Assembly (NCBI GenBank): GCA_026770705.1
Contig: JANJGN010000151.1
Span: 1-64,000, forward strand
Source of the DNA: Isurus oxyrinchus
Taxonomy: Eukaryota
Reading direction: 5' to 3'
DNA: 64,000 bases
Position 1 is the stretch's first letter, and each line of letters starts with the position of its first letter. Positions 24,904 through 38,700 of the stretch are shown one piece after another. Both the position numbers and the translations under genes were made by a program. The notes under the pieces were generated by a model that did no database searches, was not told the origin of the DNA, and saw only the letters and a list, made by a program, of their open reading frames with translations.

Positions 24904-27169
24904 CCGGGTCGCTGTGTCTACCACAGGTCATGTTGTCCCAAAGAATGCGGACTGGCATTTGCTTCCATCTAAATTCACAAAATAAATTATTTTCAGTCCT
25001 TCGGTTTGAATTCATAATATTCTATCTTTGATCATGCTAAAAATTTCATACCTTACTTTAATACAAATAAGGTAGTTACCTCAAGTTGACAGTTTTGAAT
25101 TAAGTACATTTGCTGTGACAATGGATTATAATTCGGATTGGGTTGGGATTTTTCTGGTCATCCAAAATCTGCTTTCACCCGCATACTTCAACCCGAGCTC
25201 AATGGTGAAGGGATTTGCAACTATATAACAACATTGGAATTCATTTCGTGAACCTGGAACTAACATGGTTCTCATGGAGAGGTGGAGTTATATCATTTTC
25301 AATGAGCATATTATTGTTGAAGCAACTTTCTCACACTTGTTTTGTCCATGCGCTGTCTAGGTAAATGCTGCAGTTGAACAGCGACCACAGATATGATATC
25401 CTTTTAACGCTGCCAATGTCAAGGTATGGTGAAAAGATATCTCCTACTGTCAGTATGCAAGGTATTCTTGACTGCATGCCCTGCAAATCGGAACCCGCTC
25501 GACCCTCTGATCTCTTTCACATTCATCTGCAGTTATTATAGTAACACCAGCAGGTCTATATGTTCTCTATTCTACCTTCTTACTTTTCAATAATTAAGGC
25601 AATTTTACATTTTGTTTCAGCTGCATTAATTGTTTGTATTACAGCTCCACCCCCCCCCCCCCCACAACCCCACGCCCCCCTCGGCTGGGTGGATCCATTC
25701 ACCGGCAGCAATAACGCTGACGTCTCCCTTGAATTCACTAGTCCCGAGTGCCTTAAAAGGTGAACTTTCTGACTCATTGCTCAGTCCAGTCACCTTCCTC
25801 GAGAAAGGTAGGTCTGGAACCACTTTGTCTGGGCAGATTTCCACACAGAGCAGCAGTGGGTGAAGTTTGATTTCGGGCCAGATCGCGAGGACCTGACTGC
25901 GCCACCAAAGTGATTTGTCACCAATCGCTTTTGACCTTTGCAAACTGCAACCAGCCTGATTATCGGATGTGTTGTTGAGGAACACGTCGGCCACCTGGTT
26001 AGATGCCGGAGAACAAACAGATAGGAGGCTGTCGCATTAGCCGTACTCTGGAAAATTAAAAGATCAAAAAGCGAATCGATCAACAATAAGAAAAGATTTT
26101 CCAGAGAACTGATCTTGCTGGAATTTCTGAAACGATTTGCAGGATTATGGGAGGAAGGCAGGTATTCTGGCTTAGCTGCTCTCACAGAAGGTCGGCACGG
26201 ATAAAATGGGATGAATGGTCTTCCTCTGTGCTGTCACCGCTCCATCATTTTATGATTCTAACCACTGTCTTGAAATATGACGTATCCAATTGGGACATTC
26301 ACCTTTTTATCTTCATGTGACTATTCTGGTGTAAGAAGGCTAGGTTGGAAAATGAAGCTATTGAAACTTTTGCATGTTTGCCTTGCATTAAGACAGGTCC
26401 ATGGTAAGGGCCGGATACCCCAAGTTTAATTCTCAATGTATTTTCAAAGTACATCAATCACAGTCAGCAATCTATCTCTGCTTCTACCTCAACAGCAGCT
26501 CTTCCTTAATGATCCTCAGGAAGTCATAACGACGGATTAAAATCTGAAGTTAATCACTGAGCAAAGCAAGTGAGTGAAAAGTATGGAGGATAGGGAAAGG
26601 GATATTAAAATATGAAGGAAAGATACACCTGAATTGGGATTTCTGAAGAGGAGGAAAGGAATATTACACCCTGAGGTGATATTTCTCAAGAAGGGGAAAG
26701 GGATATTAAAATATGAAGGAAATATGTGATGAGATGTGATTTCTGAAGCCATTCACTGTACCGAGGGTGGGGATCGATGTTAAAGGCGTGAAGGACAATT
26801 CAAAACCGTTTTATTTTGTTTCTCTCTGCCCAACTCCTTTTCTAATCTTATTGACAGTTGTAAGTACGGAATGTTATGCACAGTGGGTTTCAAGTACTTT
26901 TTAATGAGTATGCACCCTGCACCTCCCCCTGGGAGCTTTGACCCGCCCGGAGCATTCTGCCTTCTGTAACTGGCTGCGGACAGTCGATGTGACATAATCT
27001 CTTTTCTCCCTATTTGCAAGCTCGAAGTCTGAAAGTTATGGCTGTTTAAATACATCCTTACTTGCACAAAGCTGGACAGAATTCACGACTGAGGTTTACA
27101 CAAAAGTTTACATAAACAACAGCAGGGATCAGTGCTCGAAATATTGTTTAAAATAGAGGGATAGCTGTT

Positions 27170-27502
27170 TTTTTATTCATTCACGGGATGTGGACTTCAC
27201 TGGCTGGACCAGCATTTATTGCCCTTCCCTAATTGCCCTTGAGAATTCGGTGGTGAGCTGCCTTCTTTAACCGCTGCTGACCGCATGGTGTAGACACACC
27301 CACTGTGTTGTTAGGGAGAGAGTTCCAGGATTTTGATCCAGCGACAGTGAAAGAACAGTGCCATATTTCCAAGTCAGAATGATCAATGACTCGGAGGGGC
27401 ATCTCTAGGTGGTGATATTCCCATCTATCTACTGCCCTTGTCCTTCCAGATGGTAGTGGTCATGGGTTTGGAAATTGCTGTCGAAGAAGCCTTGGTGAAT
27501 TC
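27170..27502 (-). mobile_element. Second LINE family, 3' end
   Basis: Reverse complement of the 59300-59650 tail. Confidence 0.8.
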
Positions 27503-28045
27503 CTCTCGGATTGTTTCTCTAGGTTTGTTCAATTACCTGTTCACTAATAATAGCTATCACCTTTTTAATAACACGGTTCTCAAAATCACTGAGACAAAAC
27601 ACAGAATCGTCCTTAGCTCAATAGTTAACCGATGCTTGAGGGAAATGTCAGTGGGTCACTGTTCTGACTCTCCTCCCGGACAGGTCAACCTTGTGTTTCC
27701 TGGTTAAATAATCAGCCACTGTTACGCTGGTCCCTAAAGCAGAACCATTCCCCCATTAGGGGCACTAAATATCGCCCTGGGTGATTAAATTCACTGACAG
27801 CCAGAACACCACCCTCGGTCTCTAAAGATGAGCCATTCCCCCTGTAAAAACACTGACCATAGTCCAGTTCTGGGTGTTTACATTCACTGAGGGCTAGCTC
27901 ACCACCTACCTCTCACAGCACCACTGGGGACCAAAGGAAGTGAGGTGAGAACATCCGGAGACACGAAAGCAGATTATTGAGATTGGGGGATTAAAACGAG
28001 TGTCTTTAAATATCCAAATCCCCTTTTACAGAGCGGACAGCGACA

Positions 28046-28527
28046 ATGCAACTCCTCAACATCTGGCTTGTGTGGGGACCATTTCTGACAGGTAATTTTG
28101 GACAACGCACATTTCATCTTTATTTTTCTCATTTCCCACACAGCTTTTAAATGTTCAGATTTTTTTTTCTGTTTCAGCATGTTGTTCACATCTAATTCAT
28201 GGAAATTCTGTAAGAACCGCTGTCCTCAGATGCAAAGGCAAAAGAGGAAGCAGTGACTTTAAGCTGCAGTTAATATCTGACACAAAGCAGCTATTGGCTA
28301 TACTGGTACAGGCAACATCTAGGCGCCCAGCTCCAGTTTATATTGCTGAAATCTACGAGCGATTATGAAGATAAAACAGGTTTTGCCCAAATCCGTTTCT
28401 CAGTCAAGCTCCAGACCTTCGCGAAATTCACTATTTTATCCAATTCAGATCTGCAGTTGACTGATGCTGTCGTGTACTGCTTCTCTGTTAACGATGGAAA
28501 ACAGTCTCACACCTGCGAACAAACTCT
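28046..28527 (+). pseudogene. TCR alpha/delta V pseudogene with leader
   Basis: Leader 28046-28091 MQLLNIWLVWGPFLT|GT. V from 28178: AKEEAVTLSCS*YLTQSSYWLYWYRQHLGAQLQFILLK...FAQIRFSVKL...DLQLTDAVVYCFS. Heptamer lost; nonamer-like ACAAACTCT. Confidence 0.9.
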
Positions 28528-30262
28528 CTTTGAACTGTGTCTCGGACCTCCTGTCCACTTGTGTTTATTTGTAGAATCCCGGGCAGATGCAACCACAATG
28601 TTCAGCTGTGCTATCAACCGCTCAAGCACAAACCGAGAGGAAACCACGTTCACCTCGAATCAGACGGTCAGCCAACAGTTTCAGGCAGCGACCGAGAGAA
28701 CAAACTGCAGATTGAGGATTCCTGCTGAATAATAGAATCTGCATCGCTCAGATCTGGAACACACGGTTAAAGAAAACAGAAATTAGAGATTAAAAGTTCA
28801 ACTGAACTGAACTAACGGTGAAATTTCGCAAACAATGCTACAGAAAATGATATACAAACTAAACCACAGAAAATAGCACCTTACTCAATATTTCGGTGTT
28901 TACAATTCCAGAGAGCCTATCCATTGTTATCTCACTCTCTCAGCATATCCTCCGATTCCACTCACCCTCTGTGTCACTTAAATGCATCAGTTCACTTCAG
29001 CGCCTGTTGGTGATAGTGATTCACGAATTCCATCCCACCTTTGGATAAATAAATTTCTCTTGAACTCTATGTTGGATCTTTTGGTCACTTATATACCCCA
29101 CAGTTTTGAATTAAGTACAAGTGGAAACATCTCCATGTCTACCCTTTCAAACTCCATCATTATTAAAAGAACCCTTTTTGGTTACCCATCTGTATTCTCT
29201 TTAATATAGGAAAGGAGGCCAGTCTGTGCAGTGTTTTCTTTAACTCTTACACCTGGCATCGTCAATGTAATGCCTTGCTGAATTGTGTCTATGCCTCTGT
29301 AAATTCCTCCCGTAAGGAAGAGTACAGAATTGCTCACGATAGCTCATGTATGCTCTAACCAAGATCTGCTGCATTTTTAACATGTACTCCCTTGCTTTTA
29401 AATTCATTCATCCGAAAATTAAACCCTTTTAAAACTGCTAAATTTCTTACAGACAGTGAATCTCACCCAGATCACAGCGAGAATGGAGACTCGCATTGCT
29501 GCTGCACTGGGAATTCAAGAGACTTTTTGTGCTTCAGAGATCTGCAGAGTATCGAACAAGAATAATCTGACAGCATTGGCTGAGACTGTTCTGATGTCAC
29601 TTCCTGCAGAACATAAGACTGGAGAAGCTGAGATCACTGGATCTGATTGGGACTGATGTCATTTCCATCACTATATGGTGAAAGTCTTTATTACAGAGAA
29701 CTGAGACTTCAACGTCGCATTCTGCTGATCAGAGAGAAAGACGGGTAAGTGTACTCAGCTTGATCTCTAATTGACCTGAGAGACAGTGTGAACTTTAATG
29801 AACCGGCATGAAGGTCTTCTCAAAGAAAGAAATACAGGGGTGTGAATGTAGATGGAGATTTTTAGTTATTTCACTCATAATCACAAATTAGACTGAGCTC
29901 GTTGACTGTGATGAAGTCGGGTTTAATCAGCATTCTACTGCGTTCACACAACGAGTAGATCGTAACTTGTAATTCTTGTGTTAGTGGCACACTAAATAGA
30001 GCGTGAAAATACACGGGCAATAAACAAGAGAAATTTCCTATGTATCAGACATTAACAGGTCGGGTTACCAAAAAGATCTGCACAGAGATTCTCCTGCTGA
30101 ATTTTCGAGTGGATGAATTCTGCATTTGAACTCACCTACTCAGAGTTGATGGGAGTTGCCTTGTGAACAGATTGCCTGGTGGCTTTACTTGGAGAAGAAC
30201 GTGCATTCCCTGTATATCGCTACACAGTCCGCTGCTCAATTCACTTTGAAATATTGCAGCAC

Positions 30263-30301
30263 TGTTTTTGTACGGCGCCCCTTCTGGTCCCTGTCACTGT
30301 G
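30263..30301 (-). promoter_or_regulatory. 23-RSS
   Basis: CACAGTG + 23 nt + ACAAAAACA. Confidence 0.93.
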
Positions 30302-30817
30302 TCTCTCAGTCCGCAGTAATACACCGGGCTGTCAGACAGCCGCAGGTCACTGATGGTGAAATTCCCCTCACTTTTCGAAGTGTCGAGAGATCCAGAAAAT
30401 CGAGTCCCCACGTCCCTTGCCCTGAAAACATTTGCATAATTCGGGATGTAGATTAAGAATGTGGGGGCTTTACCCCAGTGCTGACAGTATAACTGTAAGG
30501 AATATCTAGTAGCAATGGTGGAATAGCTGTAATGAATGGTCAGCGAGTTTCCTTCAAACTGCATCTCTGCATCTGACCCACGTGAGACCGAGTCTGCACC
30601 ACTTACTCCTGCAGAAATTAAAAATTAAGGAACTTTAAGATTTTATTACTTTATCCCAGTTTATTAGGTTAAGTGAGGGAACACATTCTAAATAGGAATA
30701 AGACTGAATTTTAAAAAAATATTAATGTTACCTGCAAGAGGAAATCCTATAACTAGTAGACTTACCGGGTAAGAGAGCTGCAACTGTGAGAAATGAATAA
30801 AAAATAAAACCCAACAT
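30302..30817 (-). CDS. TCR alpha/delta V segment, open frame but non-canonical (leader 30817-30766; V exon 30608-30302)
   Basis: MLGFIFYSFLTVAALLP|G-VSGADSVSRGSDAEMQFEGNSLTIHYSYS...LQLYCQH...DSPVYYCGLRD. GT/AG intact, no stops; Cys23->Tyr and Trp41->Leu. Confidence 0.85.
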
Positions 30818-31346
30818 ATTTACAGCGAGCTAATGGCGGATTGAAACAGGACAGGTTGAATCTGTAAATGTTTCAGTGAAGGGTTGGGATGATTTTCATT
30901 TGTACTCGGTCTCTTCAGCCATTGGTTAATTTCTGAAAGTCTCAAGAAGTGGTGTCCAATCAGCTGCACACACGTTGTTTGCGTCAGAGCGTGGTGCAGC
31001 AAATCAGCGAAGTCTTCGTCCCCCCCAAGGGGACTGAGCCGAGGATTGAACTGAATTCTGGATCACTCGCAGAGTCAGTGTGAAGTGGTGGCAGTGAGGG
31101 GGGAATAGTTAATGTTCTCTTTAATGTTGTCCACAATGCCGGAGACTCGCATTAAAAGAACTGCTCACTGACCATGGGAAATTCGCACAGCTGATATTAA
31201 TTGGAATATTAAACAGATGGACAATAATGGGGTCTGCAACACAGAAATGTGCAATTTCACATAACTAGTCTTTACTTTGGTTTCTGTTCCGTTAACAGTT
31301 CAGGGTCAAAACTGATTCAATGAAAAAAAAGTGAGAGTTTTCTGTG

Positions 31347-31808
31347 GCTTCTTGTGCGGTCTGACAGCGTCTCGCTAACACAGAGGCTCAGCGCACAGAG
31401 ATAGACAGTAGAGACAGAAACTAGAGAACTGGGAACGTTCAGCATCAGTTTTTTTATCTGCCTAAAACAGCAGAGAACAGGTCGAGGTAATCTCGAGAAT
31501 TATCTCTCTGTCCCTTCCCGAAGCTCTTCATTAAATACCGAGGAACTGCCCCGGGATACTGGACATATCAGTAGAGATAGGAATTACGACAGAACGTGGA
31601 ACATCTGCAGTTAATATCAGGGTCTGTCCTTCTTCAACCGTTAATTTTGGCGGTTCCTGAGCCACTAAATTTTTGCCACTCGTTCCTGTAACAAAAACAC
31701 AAAAGATTTCAGAATTCTGCGAGTAAGTATAACTAATAGAACAGAAACTCGTCATTTAACAACAGGTAGAACGGCTATTCTTGTCAATAACAAATATGGG
31801 GAGCACAT
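31347..31808 (-). pseudogene. TCR alpha/delta V pseudogene
   Basis: Leader-like MCSPYLLLTRIAVLP (donor lost). V 31685-31386 TSGKNLVAQEPPKLTVEEGQTLIL/C...YLY*YVQYPGAVPRYLMK.../STVYLCALS; CTCTGTG + 23 + ACAAGAAGC. Confidence 0.88.
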
Positions 31809-31924
31809 GATGCCTCGTGTATACAATGCTAGAGAATAACAGATTTATTAAATCGGATGACTCTTCCGCTCTGACATTAACAAGTACATTCAGAGAAAGG
31901 GGTATATGCTTATTGTGAGAACTT

Positions 31925-32567
31925 TTTTCTATCCTTTCATGGGATGTGGGTGTCGCTGGCTGGGTCCGCCTTTATTGCACATCCCTACTTGTCCTTGAGA
32001 AGGTGATGATGAGCTGTCTTCTTGAACCGCTGCAGTCCATGTGGTGTGGTACACCCACAGTGCTGTTAGGGAGGGAATTCCAGCGTTTGTACCCAGCGAC
32101 AATGAAGGAACGGCGATATATTTCGAAGTCAGGATGGTGAGTGACTTGGAGGAATATTTCCAATTAGTGGCGTTCCCTTCAATTTGCTGCCCTTGTCCTT
32201 CTAGGTGGCAGTGGTCGTGGATTTGGAATGGGCTGTCGAATGAGCCTTGGGGAATTTCTGCAACGCATCTTGTAGATGATGCACACTGCTGACACTGTGC
32301 GCTGGTAGTGGAGGTAGTGAATGTTTGTGCATGTGGTATCAATAAAGCGGGCTACTTTGTCCTGGACAGTGTCAAGTGTCTTGAGTGTTGTGGGAGCAGA
32401 CCTTATCTAGGCAAGTGGGGAGTATTCCATCTCACTTTTGACTTGTGACCTATAAATGGTGTACAGGCTTTGGGGAGCCAGGAGGTGGATTACTCGCCGC
32501 ACAATTCCAGCCTCTGACCTCCCCTTGTAGCCATTGTATTTATATGGCTAGTCCAGTTCAGTTTCTG
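31925..32567 (-). mobile_element. Second LINE family, 3' portion
   Basis: Reverse complement of about 59050-59650. Confidence 0.85.
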
Positions 32568-34918
32568 GGGCTTTTCTCTTTGTCAAGGTTGGCTGGTCTC
32601 CCAGAACCGCCTACAAATATACGCCAAACAGTGCTAGTTGTGGGCCAATTATTGATGTCTCTTGCCCAAACTTCCCCTTGCCTAGCTGCATGAGTGAGAC
32701 TCTGTCTATCTGTTTGTCTCTCACTCTCACTGTGTCTGTCCAATCTTCGGTGTCAATCCATCTCGTTAACACTTCCTCTATCTTCCTTTGACTTTATGCT
32801 TGCAGCTCTCTCTCCTCCTCCCCTTCACTTCCTCCCCATCGCGCTCTCTTTCTCTCTTTCTCTCTTCTCCCTCACTCCCCATCTTTCTATCTGTCGTGCT
32901 TTCACTCATTTTGCTTAACCATTTGGGTTTCTCTTGAATCTTTCTCTCAGCAGACTTCTTTCAGTGCTTCTCCCTTTATCTCGGGCTTATTCTGTCTGTT
33001 TAACACGTAGTTTTTCTTTCTTCCCCTCTCTCTCTATCCCCTCATCCAATCCCCCACGCTCTCTATTCGCTGACATTTGAAGCGGAAAATAATGACAATC
33101 GTTAGGATTCCCTGTCAGAACTGCCACAGCTGATGAGCTCCATTACCAGTCAAAGCGGGAGGAGATTGAGGGGCACGGTTAAGTGAGCATGACTGTGGCT
33201 GGTGAGGTATCTTTTAAAATATCACCTGAAGTCTTTGCAGCACACCCAAAAACTGACTCGTGCAGCAACTGATTCTGTTATTCATTCCGAAATCTACAGG
33301 TCTCTGCTAACACTACGGTTTGAAATATCCGAACTTGACCGTAATTTAAAATGATTGAGAAATTACACTTTTCCTTATTCTGAAAATAATGATATTAGCC
33401 AGAGAATCCCGATAGGATCAGGACGTATTTTCTCCTGTATTTTCTATGTAAATTCCCAGGTATCATTCTGACGCGACTTCTGGCTTTGGATGGGACACTG
33501 AATCCCCGTTACCCATCTCTGATAATAAACAGAGGACAAACAACGGGTTTAACGAAGCAATCACCTTGGGGTGAAGTTGGGAAATTATGCAGTTATGGGG
33601 AAATATTGTAGAGAAGTCCCAATATCACAGACCAATGGTCAGAGCAATAACCAAAAATAGGCAGAACTTCGCTTCCGTGGTGCCAGCCTGAGCTCCAGAA
33701 TCTGAAACTTTAATCACCTGGGGGAAAATAAAACTGTAACGTCGCCGAGATCTGAGCAGATAAGTGCGAATTTCTTCCATTTGCATCTCGCTGAACAGCC
33801 ACTTCCTCTAGCTGGGGATCTTGATCATTATCAAGTGATGAGAGAGCGCCCTCCGCCGGACAGCACAAGCCTCACCGTGAAAGTTGGAAACCCGCACAGA
33901 TGCAGACGGATAAATATACATTTACACATAAGCGCGTACAGAGAGATAGACACAGTCGATCACCACACAAGAGGTTGCTGCTGCTTTAATTGGCAAAGTG
34001 CATAAACCGTGGAAGGGTAATTTGCCTCACATCATCACAAGAGGCTCATTCGTGATTTTGGCGTTAACACTGTCGCATACCAATTTCAATGTCATAAGGT
34101 ACTGGCGGACGAAACAGCCGTTTAACCCATCTTAATTTGTTCTTCCAGGCAACCCAGAACCCCTACAATTCCCCCCCAGTTATTACTAAAGAAATTCTCT
34201 GGTTTTGGACTCTGTAATTTAAAGCGAAGGCTTTTTCATCCGGCTTTCAGTCTCTGTGCGACCAACAATCAGTTGGTAATAGTGCTAACAAAACTGGTTT
34301 TGTTTTTCCTCTCAACACAAACTCTTCAAACTGAAGAATCAGCCTCCTGCATCACCCCTGCACTACCACCAAGCTTCAATAACCTCATTCGTACTTGGCA
34401 GAGGTAACTAAAAACGGTGTTCATGGAGTATGGTCCGACTACGCCTTGCTACTTTTCATTCAGGGCTTCCTTTGACTTGTGTCCTTGTTGGCTGGATGTT
34501 AAACATCCCATTGGTATTGCTCACTTCCCTACTGAATTCTCTGCCCACATGGGGCATGTGTTCAGTGAGATACACCAAACAAGGCGGGCGACATTTTTGA
34601 AGTGTCACGTAGTGATGTCCAGACATTGGAGCGTTCACTTGCAGATGGACAATAAGGACCAGAATTACCATCAACGCCCGAATATACCGAGGATGCATGT
34701 TTTTATTGTTAGTTAAACATAATTTTTATCATTTACTCTCTCTTCAAATGAAATAGATAAAAAGGCAATATCTACAATATTTAACCATATTTACCACTTC
34801 AGCTAAGTGCCTCACGTAGCAGCTAATCCCTCCACAGTAAAGTAAATTTTTAAAATAGGACATTTCAGGATCTGATATCGAGTTTGACAGATTCGACTTA
34901 CCAAACTTACTCGAAAAA

Positions 34919-34933
34919 CCAGTAGGTGGCGCG
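34919..34933 (+). promoter_or_regulatory. Candidate CTCF site
   Basis: CCAGTAGGTGGCGCG. Confidence 0.45.
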
Positions 34934-36310
34934 TCTGCCCATTCGGTCTCTTCCTGCAAATAGAGGAAAGAAAGGACAATTAGTGAACGCCAGAAGAATA
35001 AATGAGAAAATGGTCCAAAGTGCAACCAAACATTTCTGTCTGTCTAAAAAAAAACACAAAATGTAAAGTAAATGAAATGCGAGAGGAACTAAGAAATAGA
35101 TATTAATCTAAACCAGTAGAGGACGAGAAATAATTCAGGATTCAGATGCTGAACGTGGGGAACAAGCTGCTGATTGCTTTAAAGAGCTAAATAATCCGAG
35201 GTTGTAAACAGGGATGTGGAATGTAGAACACAAAAAGACAAGGATAAAGCTGTACTTATCATTGCTGAGAACGCAGTTCAAACACTTGGGCCAGTTTCAG
35301 ATCTCCTCTTTCGCTTGGTGTTAACCTGAAAATCAGAGTGTAGGACTGAGTGAGAAAGATAAAGCAAGGCGAGGGATGCTAATACAAATACTTGAGCTAC
35401 TGGCGATCTTTTCACCATGAGAGGGAATGTTAAGAACTGGTCTGACAGACTTATGTCCAATGCAGGAAGGTTTTAAAAGGTCAGAAAAGAATAGCGTTAA
35501 TCCGGCTTTTCGCTCAGTGGGTAACTGGATGCCGTCATTTCAGGTTATCGAGTGTCGATTATTTATGTAGTTTGAGCAGTGCACTGTTAGAAGATATGAT
35601 TGTCCATGAGAAACAGTGATGGAGGCAGAATTTTTAAGTATTATTTAAAGAGGAAATGGATAAATATTTGTCCAGTAAAAGGGAATTTAAGAAGACAAAA
35701 CTTGCAGACCACTGGCAGATAATTAAGAGTAAATGGATAACTCTTCCAGAGATTCAGCACATGGATGGTGAGCCGAATTGCCCTTCTTTTTGCTGGAAGA
35801 CTCTATGATTCTAAAATGGCGAATGGGTCTTTTCAGTTAGAAAGACAACAGAGAACAAATCTTATGAAACGATTTAACCCGTTGATACACCGGAAGCAGA
35901 GAAATTCGTGAGTTGTGACAGTTCAAGTGGTCTCTGGTTTGAGAAACTACCAATCGCTCAGTGGCACCGTGAGTTCCGTCAGATAACATCCCATAACAGT
36001 CCAGTCGGTGCGAATGTCGCCCATCAGTCTCCCGCGGTACGAGGAGAATGTAAAGCTCTCCCGTCTCCTCGTCCTCCCCTCCCCACCACTGAGGGTCCTG
36101 GGCTCGGCAGCCAGCATCACTCTGCAAATCAGACCCTGATTGTTCCGCCTTTTGCCCATCCTCATCGTCACGAACAGAAATTCCCTCAAAGGCCTGTTTT
36201 CAGTTGAAGCCCGGTTGCAGTTGATATTGTGTCAGTTTCTTTATTTCACGATTTTTTTTATAATGTCTTAATACCGTTAAGTTTGTGAGTGACTTTTCTT
36301 TTGTTCACAG

Positions 36311-36580
36311 TGTTCAGTGTGAGGATCAGAGCTCCTACCCTGAGCAGGTGTTATCTCGAGAAGGGGAACGGATTGAACTGGATTATCGGCTCTCGGTTGC
36401 CTGGTACAGACAAATACCGACAGAGGCTGCGAAATTTATCGCCTCGATTTACCAGGGGAATATGTCCAAAGGACGCTACACACTGTCCTTTGACCGAGTT
36501 AAGACGTTCAATACCATGTCTATAGTTAACACTGCGGCCCAGGGCGTCAGAGCTTGTTACTGCGCAATGGGGACACAGTG
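36311..36580 (+). pseudogene. TCR V pseudogene (CDR1/Cys23 region deleted)
   Basis: VQCEDQSSYPEQVLSREGERIELDYRLSVAWYRQIPTEAAKFIASIY...CYCAMG + CACAGTG (36574); nonamer poor. Confidence 0.85.
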
Positions 36581-37329
36581 AGACAAAGTCAGATTCTGCT
36601 TTCCAATGACTTTTTCACTGCCGTGTGTCCGCTGCACCGTTAACCTTTCCCGAACCCAGGACTTTTAGAAATGCTGGTGATATTCAGGAATTTTACGTTC
36701 CCATGTTTAAAATTAAAGTTACAACATCCTATAGCTGGTGTTACAGCTACAGATTATCGAAACATATTAAGTAAACATTCTATGTGTGGTTGTTCAACTT
36801 AGAAAATGATAAGACAGACAGAAAAATAACTCTTGCCCTCAGATACTTAGATCGATAGAGATGCGGGAGAAAGTTAGAAACACACAAAATAAATATATAG
36901 ACAGACAATTGGATAAGTCGATAGATATACAGGGAGACAGGCAGGCACACAGAAAGTAAGGCAGGCGAATAGATCGAAGGATGAATAGTTANNNNNNNNN
37001 NNNNNNNNNNNNNNNNNNNNNNNNNNNNNNNNNNNNNNNNNNNNNNNNNNNNNNNNNNNNNNNNNNNNNNNNNNNNNNNNNNNNNNNNNNNNNNNNNNNN
37101 NNNNNNNNNNNNNNNNNNNNNNNNNNNNNNNNNNNNNNNNNNNNNNNNNNNNNNNNNNNNNNNNNNNNNNNNNNNNNNNNNNNNNNNNNNNNNNNNNNNN
37201 NNNNNNNNNNNNNNNNNNNNNNNNNNNNNNNNNNNNNNNNNNNNNNNNNNNNNNNNNNNNNATCTGCAAACACTTTATTTACTTCTGCTTGCATATATCA
37301 TTAATTTAATGTTACTCTTGTTTTGGCAG

Positions 37330-37563
37330 CTGCTCTTGTCACAAGGAGACATTTCAGATATCGACGTATCGGGCCAGAACTCGTATTCAGGTGCTGGCAA
37401 TTCTCCAATTAAGCTCCCGAGTATCTTGTCTTCACATACAGAGATGAATTGGCAGAAGGTTCACAGTATCTGTGAACCGTGAGGTAGCCTCCACCACTTT
37501 CACTGTTAACACGACTCAACTGCCAAGACTCTACGTTATGTTACAGTGAAGTGAGATACCGTG
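37330..37563 (+). pseudogene. TCR V pseudogene, heavily decayed
   Basis: ttttggcag acceptor; WQFSN*APEYLVFTYRDE../FTVSVNREVASTTFTV../DSTLCYSEVR + TACCGTG. Confidence 0.7.
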
Positions 37564-38700
37564 AAACGAAGAGCATTTATGAGCATATATGAACAAGGAG
37601 CATATATGAGAACTTACTGGGCATGGGGACTGAGGAGACAACAAGTCACGGGCTTCAGGTGTGAGAGACACACAAGCCTTTAGAAATGTAATTTCGATGT
37701 GTAAAGTACACCATCTCAGTAATTCAATAGAATAACATATTATTTCAGATGATTTAGAAGATACAAGTTAATTAATTTCACAACTTCGCACGTAATCCGT
37801 GCTCATCAAACCAGAATATCTCCACATTCATTCGTGGTGAGTGGACTAGGTGTCTTTGATGGTAGAGTGTAGAGGGAGATTCACCCTGCAGCTCATCCCT
37901 GTTCTATCTGTCCTGCAATTGTTTTTAGGACAGTGCAGAGGTAGATTTTATTCTGTATTTAACCCATGCAGTAGTGACTCTTGATAAGAGTGTTTGAGCA
38001 GTGCAGAATGAGATTTATTTTGTATCATAACCGTGGAGCACCTGTCCTGTCAGTGTTTTATAGGGTAGTGTGGAGGGTGAATTTCTCGGTGAGTAACTAA
38101 TGATGACCCTGAGTGACATGCTTGGCTGGTGAACAGCACGTACACACGCATACACACACATACACACACAAACAGAGAAATAACAAATACCCATCTCCCG
38201 TAATTGATGGACCTATTCAACTTTGTGTCCACCTTTGATGCTTAATGAATTGGTCAGGCTGATTTTTTTTAACCAAATTGCAACCTAACCTTATAATGGT
38301 GGAAACATTAAGGAGAATGCAAATGAGCATATATTGTCTTAATTAATTGGGCACATAAGAGAACTGAGACAAATAATCTCACAACTGATGTAAACGAGCA
38401 ACGGCAGCGAATGGAAAAGAATACGTAGAGAAGTTATAATAACAGTATAATCAAAGTAATAACATTCATTACAGTCTCACGTAATAACAGTTCAGCAAAT
38501 TCATGCAGCAATATTCGTGTCGAAATTCAGAGTCATTGTTTTCCGCAGGTTGGCGCTCCAGCATTTCACCTTTGGTCAAAACGTGCTGAAGCACCAGTTT
38601 ACTGGTGCCAGGGAGATAACAGGAAACATCATTGTTCCGTGACACTTCACTTCATACAATGGTATATTCAGGCCAAGATCTCGTACATAATTTGCAGTTG

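Noticed and set aside
25700-26050. Possible decayed Ig-type exon on minus (acceptor; D.S.YCC-like end)
   Set aside because: Needs several frameshifts, has no RSS, and cannot be supported without an HMM search.
33500-34700. Exon-like remnants (hydrophobic stretch near 33650; signal-peptide-like ORF 34456-34698)
   Set aside because: No diagnostic motif; possible pseudogene but unassignable by eye.
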